From a virus, in IMG/VR virus record IMGVR_UViG_3300036816_000007, positions 1,839-65,838 of that record: DNA of 64,000 bases, one strand, 5' to 3'. Positions 41,504 through 51,713 of the stretch are shown piece by piece. Position 1 is the first letter of the stretch; each line of letters starts with the position of its first letter. The notes below the pieces were generated by a model. It made no database searches. It worked only from the letters and a program-made list of their open reading frames with translations, and was not told where the DNA came from. A program made the position numbers and the translations under genes.

Positions 41504-43600
41504 TTAGACAGCGCAAGATGTGCATTCGGCTACGGACAGCAGTTTGTTACGTGTATAGTACAGCGACTTTAGTCCGAGTTTGTGTGCGTACAGATAATGG
41601 CGGACAAGTTCGTTTGTTGGCGTTTTGCTGTCTACGTAAAGGATCGTCGATATCCCTTGGTCAACGTGGCGCTGAATTGTCGCAACCATTTCGAGAATCT
41701 TACGCTGATCCATATTGAACGCGCTGGTATACGAAATCATGTTATCACGCGCCAGGAACGGAGCCGGATAATACGTCGTAGAGTTTCCGTACGTGCGCGT
41801 CTCCATTACGTCAGAGATCGGAAGCACCGAGCTCGTTGCGTTCTGTACGTACGAAATGCTTTGCGTAGGTGCGATCGCAAGTCTATACGCGTGCCACAAT
41901 CCGTACTGTTTGACGGCTGCGGCCAAACGTTCCCAATCGTCAGGTCCCGGCAGTTCGATATCCGCGGCTGCGAACAAATCCGCTACCTTTTCGAATTTAG
42001 GACGGAAGTCATTTTCGATATATTGCGTAAAGTACGAGCCATCCGCGTAATCCGAACGGTCAAATCCGTAGAACGTGCCTCCGCGCTCCTGAGCGATCTG
42101 CATCGAACGCTCAATCGAGTAATAGTTAATCGCGGCGAAGAATGCGTCGGCAAACTCGCGGCCAACTTCGGACTGATACGATATGCGATTCTTCATCAGA
42201 TACCCGTGCAGGTTCATTGCGCCGAGTCCTACGCTATGCATCAAATCGTTAGCCTTACGGACGCCGGGCGCATTGGCAATCGCTGTCATATCGGAAACGG
42301 CGGTAAGCGAATCCATTGCGGAATGAACGGCGCGGCGAAGGTCTCCGGATTCCATTGCGGTAACGATGTTGAGTGATGCGAGATTACACGAGATATCGAG
42401 GCCGATTTCGTCCGGTTGTCCGTAGTCGTTGATAATATTAGTTTCCATCAACTGGAAAATTTCAGTGCAGAGGTTTGACATCTTCACCTGACCGACGCCT
42501 TTCAGCGCATGACCTTCGTTCGCGTTCTCCTTGAACATGAGATACGGATATCCCGATTCGAGCTGCGTTGTCGCAATCTTCGTCAGCATGTCACGCGCAC
42601 TTAACTCACGTTTCTTAACAGTCGGATTCGAGACCAACTCGTCATACATTACGCTAATATCCATATCGTCGAGGTGCGTTCCGTACGCTTTGTACACGGT
42701 GTATGGTGCGAATACGTAGTACGGTTCGTTAGTCTCCGCTAGCTCAATAAACTTCGCCGGTACGATAAGTCCGATCGATAACGTTTTGAGGCGCGACCGT
42801 TCATCCGCATTAATCTTCTTCGCGTCGAGTAGTTCCATCACATCCCATCCGAAGATGTTGTAATAGACAGCGCCGCTACCTTTCCGTTGCCCCATTTGAT
42901 CCGCGTATGAGAACGCCATTTCGAGTTGTTTGGCGACCGGAAGAATACCTTTCGCTACGCCTTCCTCTTCCTTAATCGCTTCGCCCCGTCCGCGCAGCTT
43001 CGATAAGTTCAGCGCAACGCCTCCGCCAATCTTCGAAAGCTGCATCGCGGTATTATGTGCGTGTCCGATCGCGTTAAGACTGTCGTCAAGCTCCGTTAGG
43101 AAGCACGATACCATTTCGCCGCGACGCGCTTTACCAGCGTTGAGAAACGTAGGCGTAGCAGGCTGAACTCCGTTAACATAGCCCCATAGTAGCTCGCGCG
43201 CCATCTCGTAATTACCCTGCGCCAGATATAACGCAGTGATTGCGTATCGCTCTTCCGGAGATTCCAGATACGTTTTCTTATCGCGAGTCTTAAGCGCATA
43301 GTCTGTATAGTATTTGAACGCGGCCATATACGAAGCGAATCGCAGGCCAGCATCGTTAGCCATTCGGTGGATCTCCGTTATCTGCTCCGGTGTATATTGC
43401 GCCAATACTTCCGGATAGTAATATCCGTTATCGACCATGTATTGAACGCGAGCCATTGCGGAGTCAAAACGCATCTTGTTATCGCGGATGAAGCGCATGA
43501 ACTCCTCGACGGCCTCCGTATCCTTTTCGAGCTGGTAGAATCCGTCCTTCATTACGGTAACTTCGTTATTGAGTTCGATGTAGTTATAAGTACTAGACAA
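41504..43600 (-). CDS. nrdE: ribonucleotide reductase class Ib alpha subunit
   Basis: 698 aa. It has the active-site motif NLCTEI and the C-terminal CTSCAV pair. No intein-sized insertion is present. Confidence 0.9.
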   Translation of the reverse strand: MSSTYNYIELNNEVTVMKDGFYQLEKDTEAVEEFMRFIRDNKMRFDSAMARVQYMVDNGYYYPEVLAQYTPEQITEIHRMANDAGLRFASYMAAFKYYTDYALKTRDKKTYLESPEERYAITALYLAQGNYEMARELLWGYVNGVQPATPTFLNAGKARRGEMVSCFLTELDDSLNAIGHAHNTAMQLSKIGGGVALNLSKLRGRGEAIKEEEGVAKGILPVAKQLEMAFSYADQMGQRKGSGAVYYNIFGWDVMELLDAKKINADERSRLKTLSIGLIVPAKFIELAETNEPYYVFAPYTVYKAYGTHLDDMDISVMYDELVSNPTVKKRELSARDMLTKIATTQLESGYPYLMFKENANEGHALKGVGQVKMSNLCTEIFQLMETNIINDYGQPDEIGLDISCNLASLNIVTAMESGDLRRAVHSAMDSLTAVSDMTAIANAPGVRKANDLMHSVGLGAMNLHGYLMKNRISYQSEVGREFADAFFAAINYYSIERSMQIAQERGGTFYGFDRSDYADGSYFTQYIENDFRPKFEKVADLFAAADIELPGPDDWERLAAAVKQYGLWHAYRLAIAPTQSISYVQNATSSVLPISDVMETRTYGNSTTYYPAPFLARDNMISYTSAFNMDQRKILEMVATIQRHVDQGISTILYVDSKTPTNELVRHYLYAHKLGLKSLYYTRNKLLSVAECTSCAV

Positions 43601-43946
43601 GCGCGTCCACTCCTTCGGTGAATTTTTGTATGTCGGTAGGCGTGCCCGCCAGTTCGAATTTGCAAACGATCGGCACTCCGTATTGATTCGCTATTTGATC
43701 CGCGGCGAGTGCATAAGCCGGACCGAAATTACGGTTGCCGGACGCAGCCACGCCACGTAAATATTCGTTGTTATGTGCGATAAAAGCGCGTGTCTTGGCC
43801 GGTACCTCTCCGATCTTATCCGTATATGTTACGAGGATAAACGGTTCAGTTACGCGTAGATCCTCCGTTAGCTTTTGCGTAGGATACGGGAGACGCCGCG
43901 CGAATAGGCCGACATTTCCCGTACGTGATGCGTAGACAATTAGCAT
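43593..43946 (-). CDS. nrdI: flavodoxin-like NrdI
   Basis: The N-terminus is MLIVYASRTGNV. The 3' end overlaps the nrdE start by 8 nt. Confidence 0.8.
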   Translation of the reverse strand: MLIVYASRTGNVGLFARRLPYPTQKLTEDLRVTEPFILVTYTDKIGEVPAKTRAFIAHNNEYLRGVAASGNRNFGPAYALAADQIANQYGVPIVCKFELAGTPTDIQKFTEGVDALV

Positions 43947-44098
43947 TATTCGCGCTCGCTCCTCTCGTATATTGCGCGTGCCTCGGCGAGTCTCCGCTCG
44001 TACTTATCCGCAAGCCCTCGGTAGATCACGACGGACCGTTCGAGAGCTGCGATTTCCTGGCGTTGGTGGGCGGCGAGGCGTGCGGCTAGTTCGCTCAT
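43946..44098 (-). CDS. hypothetical 50-aa coiled-coil protein
   Basis: Internal start MSELAARL overlaps the upstream stop (ATGA). Confidence 0.45.
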   Translation of the reverse strand: MSELAARLAAHQRQEIAALERSVVIYRGLADKYERRLAEARAIYERSERE

Positions 44099-44301
44099 TT
44101 CGTCGCTAGGGCGATTAACGTTATGATTGCGATAATCACGAGAAGGAGCGCAATTCCGCCCCAGAATGGCAACGTTACCCACCACCAGGACCACGCGATA
44201 ACTCCCGTCAGTTTCAGCGTTACAAACACTACGCCAAGCAATCCGAATATTCCGATACCACCGTTGTTATTTACGCTTCCGTTGTTGTTCGTCTTTCTCA
44301 T
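44095..44301 (-). CDS. small membrane protein
   Basis: Hydrophobic segments GIGIFGLLGVVFVTLKLTGVIAWSWWWVTLPFWGGIALLLVIIAIITLIAL. Confidence 0.6.
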   Translation of the reverse strand: MRKTNNNGSVNNNGGIGIFGLLGVVFVTLKLTGVIAWSWWWVTLPFWGGIALLLVIIAIITLIALATK

Positions 44302-44840
44302 GCCACATCAGCCTCCGTATCAATTAGATTTTCGCGTATCAAGTACGCCAGAATTACCGCACATGCATCCGCGTCGTCATAACCTGACCGCCATTTGTAC
44401 TCGGAAGGAAGGCGCAGATATTTCCGCACGCCCTCCGCTACGTCCTTCTTCTCCGCTTTCCCGTTGCCCGCTACGAGTTTCTTAACCGTCGTCGGCGCAA
44501 GTACCGGCTTGACTTCGTGGACTTTGTAACCGAACGAATGGAGTGCGCGATCAGCCGCCGCCCATGCGTTAAATATCGTTTGTGTAGCGCGTTTATTTCG
44601 GCCCGCCGTAAAGTCCTCGCGTAATATAATGTCGAACGGCCGATGTGCGTAAACTTGGTGCGCGATAAACGATTCGACGACGACCGAGCGCGTTGCATCG
44701 TTGATATCCGTATCCGTTGCGACTGAGCCTGCGTAAACGAGCGTTGGGATGCGTTCTTTAACGTCGATGACGGCGAGACCGGGCGATAACGACAAGTCGA
44801 GTCCGAGATACCGTTTAGTCTGCGCTTTTGGCTTCGCCAG
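44298..44840 (-). CDS. RuvC-like Holliday junction resolvase, probable non-canonical CTG start
   Basis: Motifs YLGLDLS, VVVESF and YDDADACAVILAY. The first catalytic Asp lies upstream of the track start. AAGGAGGTG lies 7 nt upstream of the in-frame CTG at 44840. Confidence 0.55.
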   Translation of the reverse strand: MAKPKAQTKRYLGLDLSLSPGLAVIDVKERIPTLVYAGSVATDTDINDATRSVVVESFIAHQVYAHRPFDIILREDFTAGRNKRATQTIFNAWAAADRALHSFGYKVHEVKPVLAPTTVKKLVAGNGKAEKKDVAEGVRKYLRLPSEYKWRSGYDDADACAVILAYLIRENLIDTEADVA

Positions 44841-45051
44841 GACTACGCACCTCCTTGAGTAACAAATCGAGATGAGCGCGGAGGATTACGCGCAAAGCAT
44901 CGTCCACTTCCTCGTCTGTATACCCGTCAAGCAACTCTACCGCAATGTCGCGTTCTTCTTCCGTCATGAAATCATCGTACGTATGGCCCGCCTCACTAAG
45001 CGCGGCAAATACCGAGGAGAATACGGTCACGTTCCGTAATTTACTATCCAT
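44815..45051 (-). CDS. hypothetical acidic protein
   Basis: 78 aa track ORF. Confidence 0.5.
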   Translation of the reverse strand: MDSKLRNVTVFSSVFAALSEAGHTYDDFMTEEERDIAVELLDGYTDEEVDDALRVILRAHLDLLLKEVRSPGEAKSAD

Positions 45052-46095
45052 CTACGCAGCCTCCTTCGTTTGGCTCTCCGCTTCCTCTTCTCTTATCCGT
45101 TCAATATCCGCAAGCGCCTCCGCCGGTCCACGCTTCTGCCACTCCGATAATCCAGACCGCTGAACCGCCGCCACTTTACGTCTGAGCGCGTCAATCTCTT
45201 CGTCAGATAAGGACAGCGCAATCGTCCGTTTAAAATCGTTGAATCGCCACTTACCGAGATCCGTCTCAGGCGGCTCGCCTTTGTCTGCGGCGTCTAAGAT
45301 TCCCGCAAAGTGTCCGAGCAAGTCTTCGCGCATCTCATCCGTAATGTACAAGCCGAACGCGGCGATATCCGGATTCTTTTCGAACTCTGCCGGCGTCATA
45401 TCCCACGCTTTCCGTGCGCCATTAACGTAGAGGATTACGTAGAAATCAACGTCGTACATAACTGAGTAGCTGACGCATTGTTTAACGTGGCCTTCTTCCG
45501 GACCATTTCGCATACTGTAGCCGGAGGTTTTAGCGTACGTAGTTTGTTTACTCTTAACTTCGAGACCGACGCGTACTTCACGTCCGAGCTCCGGAATCCA
45601 TACGCGCATAACTCCGTCTGAGGTTCCGAAGAGAGCGAACGTCCGACCCGCGTGCTCAACGATCTTAGACATCTTCGCGAAGTCCTCAAACATCGGCTCG
45701 CCGCGCTCATTGCGATCGAATACAAACGGAGGGTTTTCGCCAGCATACCGCGCATAATGTTTCTCCGCGAAGAGAATATCGCGTTGAATAATATCCCCGA
45801 TGGCCGTTCCTATCCGAGTCTGGCGCCCCTGATTCGGTTGCCGTCCGCGGGATTCCTTCTTAGCTCCGCGTGCCTTTTCGTAGAGACCACGTGGATCTGA
45901 ATCTGCGGCTGACGGAGAGAAATACGGAATGTTCCGCGGCGGCCATACCTTGCGCGATTTGTCCGTGAGGATGTCGCTGTACCAACGGTGAATCTGCGCA
46001 TCCAGCGCGTCGTCATACACTTCTGGCGCGGAATGCCACTCGTTGAGGAATACCGTTAATTGCTCCGCGATTCTATTTGCGATTGTCTGTGTCAA
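45052..46095 (-). CDS. PD-(D/E)XK RecB/Cas4-family nuclease
   Basis: Motifs FGTSDGVMRV, VGLEVKSKQ and QCVSY (D...ExK...QxxxY). Confidence 0.6.
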   Translation of the reverse strand: MTQTIANRIAEQLTVFLNEWHSAPEVYDDALDAQIHRWYSDILTDKSRKVWPPRNIPYFSPSAADSDPRGLYEKARGAKKESRGRQPNQGRQTRIGTAIGDIIQRDILFAEKHYARYAGENPPFVFDRNERGEPMFEDFAKMSKIVEHAGRTFALFGTSDGVMRVWIPELGREVRVGLEVKSKQTTYAKTSGYSMRNGPEEGHVKQCVSYSVMYDVDFYVILYVNGARKAWDMTPAEFEKNPDIAAFGLYITDEMREDLLGHFAGILDAADKGEPPETDLGKWRFNDFKRTIALSLSDEEIDALRRKVAAVQRSGLSEWQKRGPAEALADIERIREEEAESQTKEAA

Positions 46096-46289
46096 TTAAT
46101 CGTCCCCTCTACTCGAATAGTCTCAACCTTAGAAAGCTGCGTATAGAACATATGCCCATCGATTTCGTACGCTAACCATCCGTCATCAACATCCGTAACA
46201 CAGGCGTCTTCAAGTACCCGTTCGTCGTTGTCCCTACCAATCAAGAAAATAGTTACTATCTGTCCGACTAGCTCATCTAAAATATGCAT
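46092..46289 (-). CDS. hypothetical protein
   Basis: 65 aa track ORF. Confidence 0.5.
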   Translation of the reverse strand: MHILDELVGQIVTIFLIGRDNDERVLEDACVTDVDDGWLAYEIDGHMFYTQLSKVETIRVEGTIN

Positions 46290-46934
46290 CTACGCAACCT
46301 CCTTCGGTTGTTTCCGCTCAATCGTCCGCACAATTGCGCCAGGCGGCGTATAAGTCAGCGGCCTCTCCGCGCTATCAACGACGACATTGCGGTATGTGAT
46401 TCCTTTAATTATCGCTTTTGCCTTGAGTACCGCGTATAGCTGCAGCGTAGCCTCCACGTCATTCATAGCGCGATGATGTCCGTTAAGTGCGATTCCATAA
46501 CGTTCGCATGTAGGCGCAAGGCTTGCGTTCTCGTCCGGATCGATTAGGCGGGACATGGCGCGAGTGCAGGCGAACCAGCCCGAAGGAAGACCGTCATATA
46601 TCCGGTCGATAAACGCAAAGTCAAACGGGACATTGTGCGCAATCAGGTTCGAATCTCTGGCGAAGTCCATAACCGAGTCGACCGCGAACCAGTGCCTAGG
46701 AGCACCGCGTAAATCCTCCGTCTTAATTCCGGTCAGGTCCGTGATGAACTCCGGGATTTCGATAACTTCGCCGGCAATCGACGGCAACGCAACGTACGTC
46801 TGGAACCGCCCAATCTCGCGGATGTAACCGCCCGGCCCAACTTCCGCACGGATGGCGGCGATTTCCGTAATGTGGTCGGCGAGCGGATCAAGTCCGGTTG
46901 TTTCGATGTCAAGTACGGTGACGATTTCGTTCAT
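46290..46934 (-). CDS. DEDDh 3'-5' exonuclease (DnaQ/epsilon-like)
   Basis: ExoI LDIETTGLD, ExoII HNVPFDFAF and ExoIII HRAMNDVEAT. Confidence 0.8.
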   Translation of the reverse strand: MNEIVTVLDIETTGLDPLADHITEIAAIRAEVGPGGYIREIGRFQTYVALPSIAGEVIEIPEFITDLTGIKTEDLRGAPRHWFAVDSVMDFARDSNLIAHNVPFDFAFIDRIYDGLPSGWFACTRAMSRLIDPDENASLAPTCERYGIALNGHHRAMNDVEATLQLYAVLKAKAIIKGITYRNVVVDSAERPLTYTPPGAIVRTIERKQPKEVA

Positions 46935-46936
46935 AG

Positions 46937-47281
46937 TTACGCGCTCCTTCCGTAGACGTATTCGACTCTTACGACTTCCTTCGGCACAACTTCGTCAATG
47001 GTAACGGAGAAGTCCATGCCGTCCTGCATCTCAGTTGCGGGAACCTCGCGGCCGATTTGGAAATACGCAACTTCACCGCCATCTTGCGTAACGCGGTATA
47101 CGTCCGTTTTATAATTCGTCCAGCGACCACCGTCCTCAAACGTTGACTCTACGTTTTCTGACGTGTATCCCTTGCGTCTGATGTCCAGGAGCGCGTCAAC
47201 TTCTTCATGCGTCTCATCCCACGCTTCACCTTCGTAACCTTCTCCGATCAATTCGCGTAGCTTCTCAATAACGTTCTCCAT
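46937..47281 (-). CDS. hypothetical protein
   Basis: 114 aa track ORF. Confidence 0.5.
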   Translation of the reverse strand: MENVIEKLRELIGEGYEGEAWDETHEEVDALLDIRRKGYTSENVESTFEDGGRWTNYKTDVYRVTQDGGEVAYFQIGREVPATEMQDGMDFSVTIDEVVPKEVVRVEYVYGRSA

Positions 47282-50113
47282 TTACGCAGCCTCCTTCGAT
47301 TTTGGACGTCCGTTTTCGAAATCCCATGCATCCGGACGAATCTCTTCCATCCAGCGTGGTTCGATTACTGTATCGCAGTCAAGCGGGCAGGCAAACGTTG
47401 CGGTATTCGTCATGATATCGGTATACAACGCGACCGTCTCTTCCGTAATCTGATCGGTAGGAGCCGCGTGTTTCTGCTCATCGTGAAGGGTCAGCGTAAA
47501 TTCCCACCCGCGAGCTACTGTCAGTTCGTAATAGCTTCGGATCATACATAGCTTGAGTACGTTCGCGCCGCTACCTTGAATTTCGTGATTGAACGCTGCT
47601 CTTTCGTCGCGTCCTGTTAATCTGATGAGTTGCCAGAACTCGTCGCGCAATCTTTTTAACCTACCGGCTTTTTTAGCGAGATATGGGTCGTCCTTGCCCG
47701 TAATGCCCACAAGTTGCATCAACGATTTAAGACGCTGCCAGTTCTTGCGATATTCCGGAAACCTCCGTTTCTGTCCCCACAACGTCGCCGTCCATCCGTA
47801 CTTGCGGAGATGTTCGAATGACGCGTTGACCATCGTACTGAAACCCGGAAGGATCTCGTCGAATTTCCCGTACGCACTCTTCGCCTGTTCCGGCGTTACC
47901 CCGCGCTTGACCGCAGTCTTAACGAACTGATCCTCAGCTTGACCGTAACCTTTCGCAAGGAACATATCTTTCGTTAGCTTACGGTATGGAACCGCCGTCA
48001 ACCCGTTCTTATACGCCTTTTCGAAACATAGATCGCGGTCGACTTCGAACATGATTGACGCGAACTCTACGTAAGGGTCGAGTCCTCTACGGTACATGTC
48101 CGCGAATATCTCATCGCCATGTTCGACGGCCATTTTATGCGCTTGGAGGCGCGGCTCGATCGAGGATAAGTCGCTGCCGAGAAACGTATGTCCTGGCGGC
48201 GGCTTAAACGTCATACGGACACGTTCGCCTTCCTTTGTTCGAGCTGGTATATTTTGTAAGTTGGTCCCCTTTGCTACGGATTTCTCCGCGCATTCAACGA
48301 GCTTCCGCATCGTATCGAGATAGTTTTCGTCGGTTACCGGACCTGACCGGATGTCATTCGGCTTCCCGCTATATCCTTTCGAGGAGTAACGTCCGGTCGA
48401 AACCATATCGAGCTGCGTATGCAATCGCCCGTCTACGTCGAGAGCCTTCGGTATTTTGTCTACGTAAGTGTTCAGCAGCTTTTCGTACGCGGACACGTTT
48501 GCCAACGGTTTGAGCGCTTCCTCTTCCTCGTAGTAACGTTCGAGAACGTCCTTGGATACCGCGCGCTCTTTCTTCTTGTCCTTAACGATTTGCTTCGTAC
48601 GGTCTTCAATTCCGAGATGATCGTAAATTAAATACCGCAGATGATTATCGTTTGTGAACGAGAACTCCGTTACGTTTAATGGCGCGTGCTCATCGTCGGC
48701 TGGCGCTAAATCCTCCGCCTGTAGTTGCGCAAGTCTCTCGACGGCGCTCGTATATTTCTTGAGCGACGTTTTACCGGCGGATTCACATTCCGCGATTATT
48801 ACGCGTTGCTTTGCCTGCGCTTCTTCATTCCGCGCAATTCTACGGCGCTGTTTATCGATCCAATCCGTTACCTTCGCGGAGTATAATGCGCGGTCCATCT
48901 TGCGTAAGAACTCCGAATCAGTTACGCCATAAGCTTCGATAACATCCGCCTGGGCTTGCGCTAGTTTCGGACGGAGTTCATCGCCAAGCGCCTGCAGATC
49001 GTCGAGATCAATTACGAAGCCCGTGCGCTCGATATTAACGTTGACCTCCGATAAATATTGCGTAATCTCGAAGAAGGACATCGCCAAGTTATCCGTTGCG
49101 ACAATGTTATCGATCTGCCAGCGCGTCAACCACCAGCCTTTGAGTACGTCCCATATCGCGTAGATTCCGACGACTTCGATCGGATGAAGCATCGGTGACT
49201 CCTTCGAGAAAAGATCCTCAAAGGTTGTATCCGGAGCCTCTACGCCGATAATCGATTTATACTTCGTTATGAGCGGCTTCAAAGCGTAAGTGTCTTCGTT
49301 GTCATTAAGCGTTCTTTGCGCAGCTACGGAGTCATATCGAATACCCTGCGGCTCTAGCCCGTCATTAAGCAACATCGCTAAGTCAAACTCCGCGTTATGA
49401 AACGATTTAATTTGCGACGGCAACGACATGAACTTTGCGATAGCTCCGAGCGCCTTTGACCGCGTGCATTGCTTCTCGCCCGTCAGATGTCCGTATGCTA
49501 CGTAATATCCTTCGTTGAGTAGCGGAAGCCATACGGAGTAGCCGCCGGTCAAGTCGAGCATCTTGTCGAGTCCGGATGTTTCCGTATCCCATACGGTAAG
49601 TGATTCCGCGTCTGGAATATCGATACCACGTTCGGCTAGCTTCCGTTTAATCAACGTGTCATTGAAGAGCACGAAGACATTACGGAACCACTCGTCATCC
49701 TTCTGCAGACGCACTTCCTCACGTAATCTCGCGATCATCTTCGGTAACTCCGCGTCATCCGTAATAATGTGGAAGTTATCCGGCTTGGACCGCAGTGTCT
49801 CCGCTACCTTATCCGCGCGCTCATCCGTCTGCTTTTGCCGTTGTAGTTGTTCAGCAGCGCGGATTACGTCTTCCTTCGTTACTTGGCCGCCGGAGGTACG
49901 GAGATTCGGACGATTTCCTGTTTCGCCCGATAATCCTTCGACTAGCTCACGTTGCTTATCCGATAGCGACATCCGCAGTACGCGTTCGATCGCCTCTTCG
50001 TCCGTCTCCTGCGCAGCCTTCTTGCGTTTAGCCGCGTCTGCCACACGTTCCGCCGCTCCGTCATCCGCTGGCGGCCGCAAGTTTAACGTTAATTTTGGCG
50101 CGATATGCGTCAC
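47282..50113 (-). CDS. polA: family A DNA polymerase with a 3'-5' exonuclease domain
   Basis: Exo motif VWDTETSGL, motif A GSDLSSIEPRL, motif B-like RKLTKDMFLAKGYG and motif C LTLHDE. Confidence 0.85.
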   Translation of the reverse strand: MTHIAPKLTLNLRPPADDGAAERVADAAKRKKAAQETDEEAIERVLRMSLSDKQRELVEGLSGETGNRPNLRTSGGQVTKEDVIRAAEQLQRQKQTDERADKVAETLRSKPDNFHIITDDAELPKMIARLREEVRLQKDDEWFRNVFVLFNDTLIKRKLAERGIDIPDAESLTVWDTETSGLDKMLDLTGGYSVWLPLLNEGYYVAYGHLTGEKQCTRSKALGAIAKFMSLPSQIKSFHNAEFDLAMLLNDGLEPQGIRYDSVAAQRTLNDNEDTYALKPLITKYKSIIGVEAPDTTFEDLFSKESPMLHPIEVVGIYAIWDVLKGWWLTRWQIDNIVATDNLAMSFFEITQYLSEVNVNIERTGFVIDLDDLQALGDELRPKLAQAQADVIEAYGVTDSEFLRKMDRALYSAKVTDWIDKQRRRIARNEEAQAKQRVIIAECESAGKTSLKKYTSAVERLAQLQAEDLAPADDEHAPLNVTEFSFTNDNHLRYLIYDHLGIEDRTKQIVKDKKKERAVSKDVLERYYEEEEALKPLANVSAYEKLLNTYVDKIPKALDVDGRLHTQLDMVSTGRYSSKGYSGKPNDIRSGPVTDENYLDTMRKLVECAEKSVAKGTNLQNIPARTKEGERVRMTFKPPPGHTFLGSDLSSIEPRLQAHKMAVEHGDEIFADMYRRGLDPYVEFASIMFEVDRDLCFEKAYKNGLTAVPYRKLTKDMFLAKGYGQAEDQFVKTAVKRGVTPEQAKSAYGKFDEILPGFSTMVNASFEHLRKYGWTATLWGQKRRFPEYRKNWQRLKSLMQLVGITGKDDPYLAKKAGRLKRLRDEFWQLIRLTGRDERAAFNHEIQGSGANVLKLCMIRSYYELTVARGWEFTLTLHDEQKHAAPTDQITEETVALYTDIMTNTATFACPLDCDTVIEPRWMEEIRPDAWDFENGRPKSKEAA

Positions 50114-50144
50114 TCCCTTCGCTCAGTTTACGTGAAGCTTGCGG

Positions 50145-51638
50145 TTACGCGGCGTCCACCTCCTCTACAACATCGTCCGCAGATCGGTCGAAGCGTTGTT
50201 CTACTGGCACAACTAGTCGATGGCTCGTCGCACGGTCACTACATGCGTTCCATTGCGGTTTGCTCGGCCACTTAACGACAATCCGGTCGCCTTCTACGCT
50301 CGCAACTTCCGCGAATCCGAGGTGCTCGCTTCCGATGAACGACGTTAAGTCTCCGCGTTTATACTCATTCACCTTACGCCCGATCGCGGCCCATTTCGCT
50401 TCTTCCGCTTGCTTGCGTTCGATCTCCGCGATTTCGGCTGCGGTGAGTTTTACGATCTGTTCTGGTTGGGCATAACCTCGATGTCCGTTCTCGGTGCGCT
50501 TAATCCGAAAGTCCCCGTCAGAATCCACAGGCTCATCAACGGTGCATACATCTCCGTTACTGAATCCGTTGCGCAAATACTCGCCTGCTCCGCTAATAAG
50601 TTTTACGTAATCACCTACGCTGAATTGCGCGTTGAGAGCTGCGCGTTTAGCGGCAGCCACTTCTTCGTCAGTTGCGCGGACTACGTGTTGCGGCAGAGCT
50701 AAACGCAGGTCTCCGCTTTTAACGAACTTAATGCCATAAGGAGCTGCGAAGTCGTGTTCGTTAACTTCCGTAATCTCAACGATTTCTCCAGTCATTCCGT
50801 TGTTCATCGCAAACGTAACGTTAACGACTCGCGCATAATCCCCGACGGCCAGGCGCTCAGGTTTCGCAGGCTCCGCGGACTTCGTTACCGGTTCGAGTAC
50901 GACGTATTCGCGAACTCCTTCAAAGTCCGGCGAGATAAGCCCGTTAAATACTCGCTCATCTACTGACCAGATATCTCCGACCGAGTCTACCGTTTTCACC
51001 GTAAACTCTTCGCCGACGAAGACGCTACCCTTCTTTCTCGATTGCGGATGGATAGCGACAACTTTAATCCGCTCACCTACGTTAGCTTTCCGTTTAACCT
51101 CGCGATATTGTGGCGTTTTCTCCTCCGCAACCTTCTCGTAGACTTCGAAATCGTCTCCGCAAGTGTCATATTCCTCGCCAGCTTCGTCAAAAATCTGCGC
51201 GTCCCCGCTCGTATCGACTCTACTGACAATATACATCTCGCCCAATGTCGCATTTTCCGAGTATTCTTCGTCATCAAAGCGTGTAAACTTAATCGCATCA
51301 CCTTCGCGGGCATCGCGGTCGACTTTGCGCCAGGTTGCGCCTTCGAACGTGATAGTGTCGGACGCGTTTACGCTAACTTGTTCGGAGATGGGCGCGTAGA
51401 CTTCGAAATCATCTCCGGCGGTTCCGTATCTGTCTCCGTCTTCATCGGTAATGTACGGATAACCACCGTCGCTTACGCCTTCTACCACGTAGAACGCTCC
51501 ATCACGTACGTAGCTCGGAAGATGCGCGTCGTCGAACCGGATAATATCGCCTACCTGCGCCTTGCGGTCAACTTTGCGATAAGTTACGTCGCCCACCGTT
51601 ACTTCTACTGCCGGAATTACCACGTTAAGTTTCGCCAT
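50145..51638 (-). CDS. repeat-domain protein, paralog family member 3 (about 6 tandem SH3-like repeats)
   Basis: The repeats begin VTYRKVDRKAQVGDIIRF, ATWRKVDRDAREGDAIKF, PQYREVKRKANVGERIKV, RLAVGDYARVVNV and FSVGDYVKLIS. Confidence 0.65.
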   Translation of the reverse strand: MAKLNVVIPAVEVTVGDVTYRKVDRKAQVGDIIRFDDAHLPSYVRDGAFYVVEGVSDGGYPYITDEDGDRYGTAGDDFEVYAPISEQVSVNASDTITFEGATWRKVDRDAREGDAIKFTRFDDEEYSENATLGEMYIVSRVDTSGDAQIFDEAGEEYDTCGDDFEVYEKVAEEKTPQYREVKRKANVGERIKVVAIHPQSRKKGSVFVGEEFTVKTVDSVGDIWSVDERVFNGLISPDFEGVREYVVLEPVTKSAEPAKPERLAVGDYARVVNVTFAMNNGMTGEIVEITEVNEHDFAAPYGIKFVKSGDLRLALPQHVVRATDEEVAAAKRAALNAQFSVGDYVKLISGAGEYLRNGFSNGDVCTVDEPVDSDGDFRIKRTENGHRGYAQPEQIVKLTAAEIAEIERKQAEEAKWAAIGRKVNEYKRGDLTSFIGSEHLGFAEVASVEGDRIVVKWPSKPQWNACSDRATSHRLVVPVEQRFDRSADDVVEEVDAA

Positions 51639-51713
51639 TAATGAGTTTCCCCTTTTCGTGGGCTGTCCGTTGGGACCTCCGCCCGGTCTTGCGTAAACCT
51701 TCGCTCACTTACG

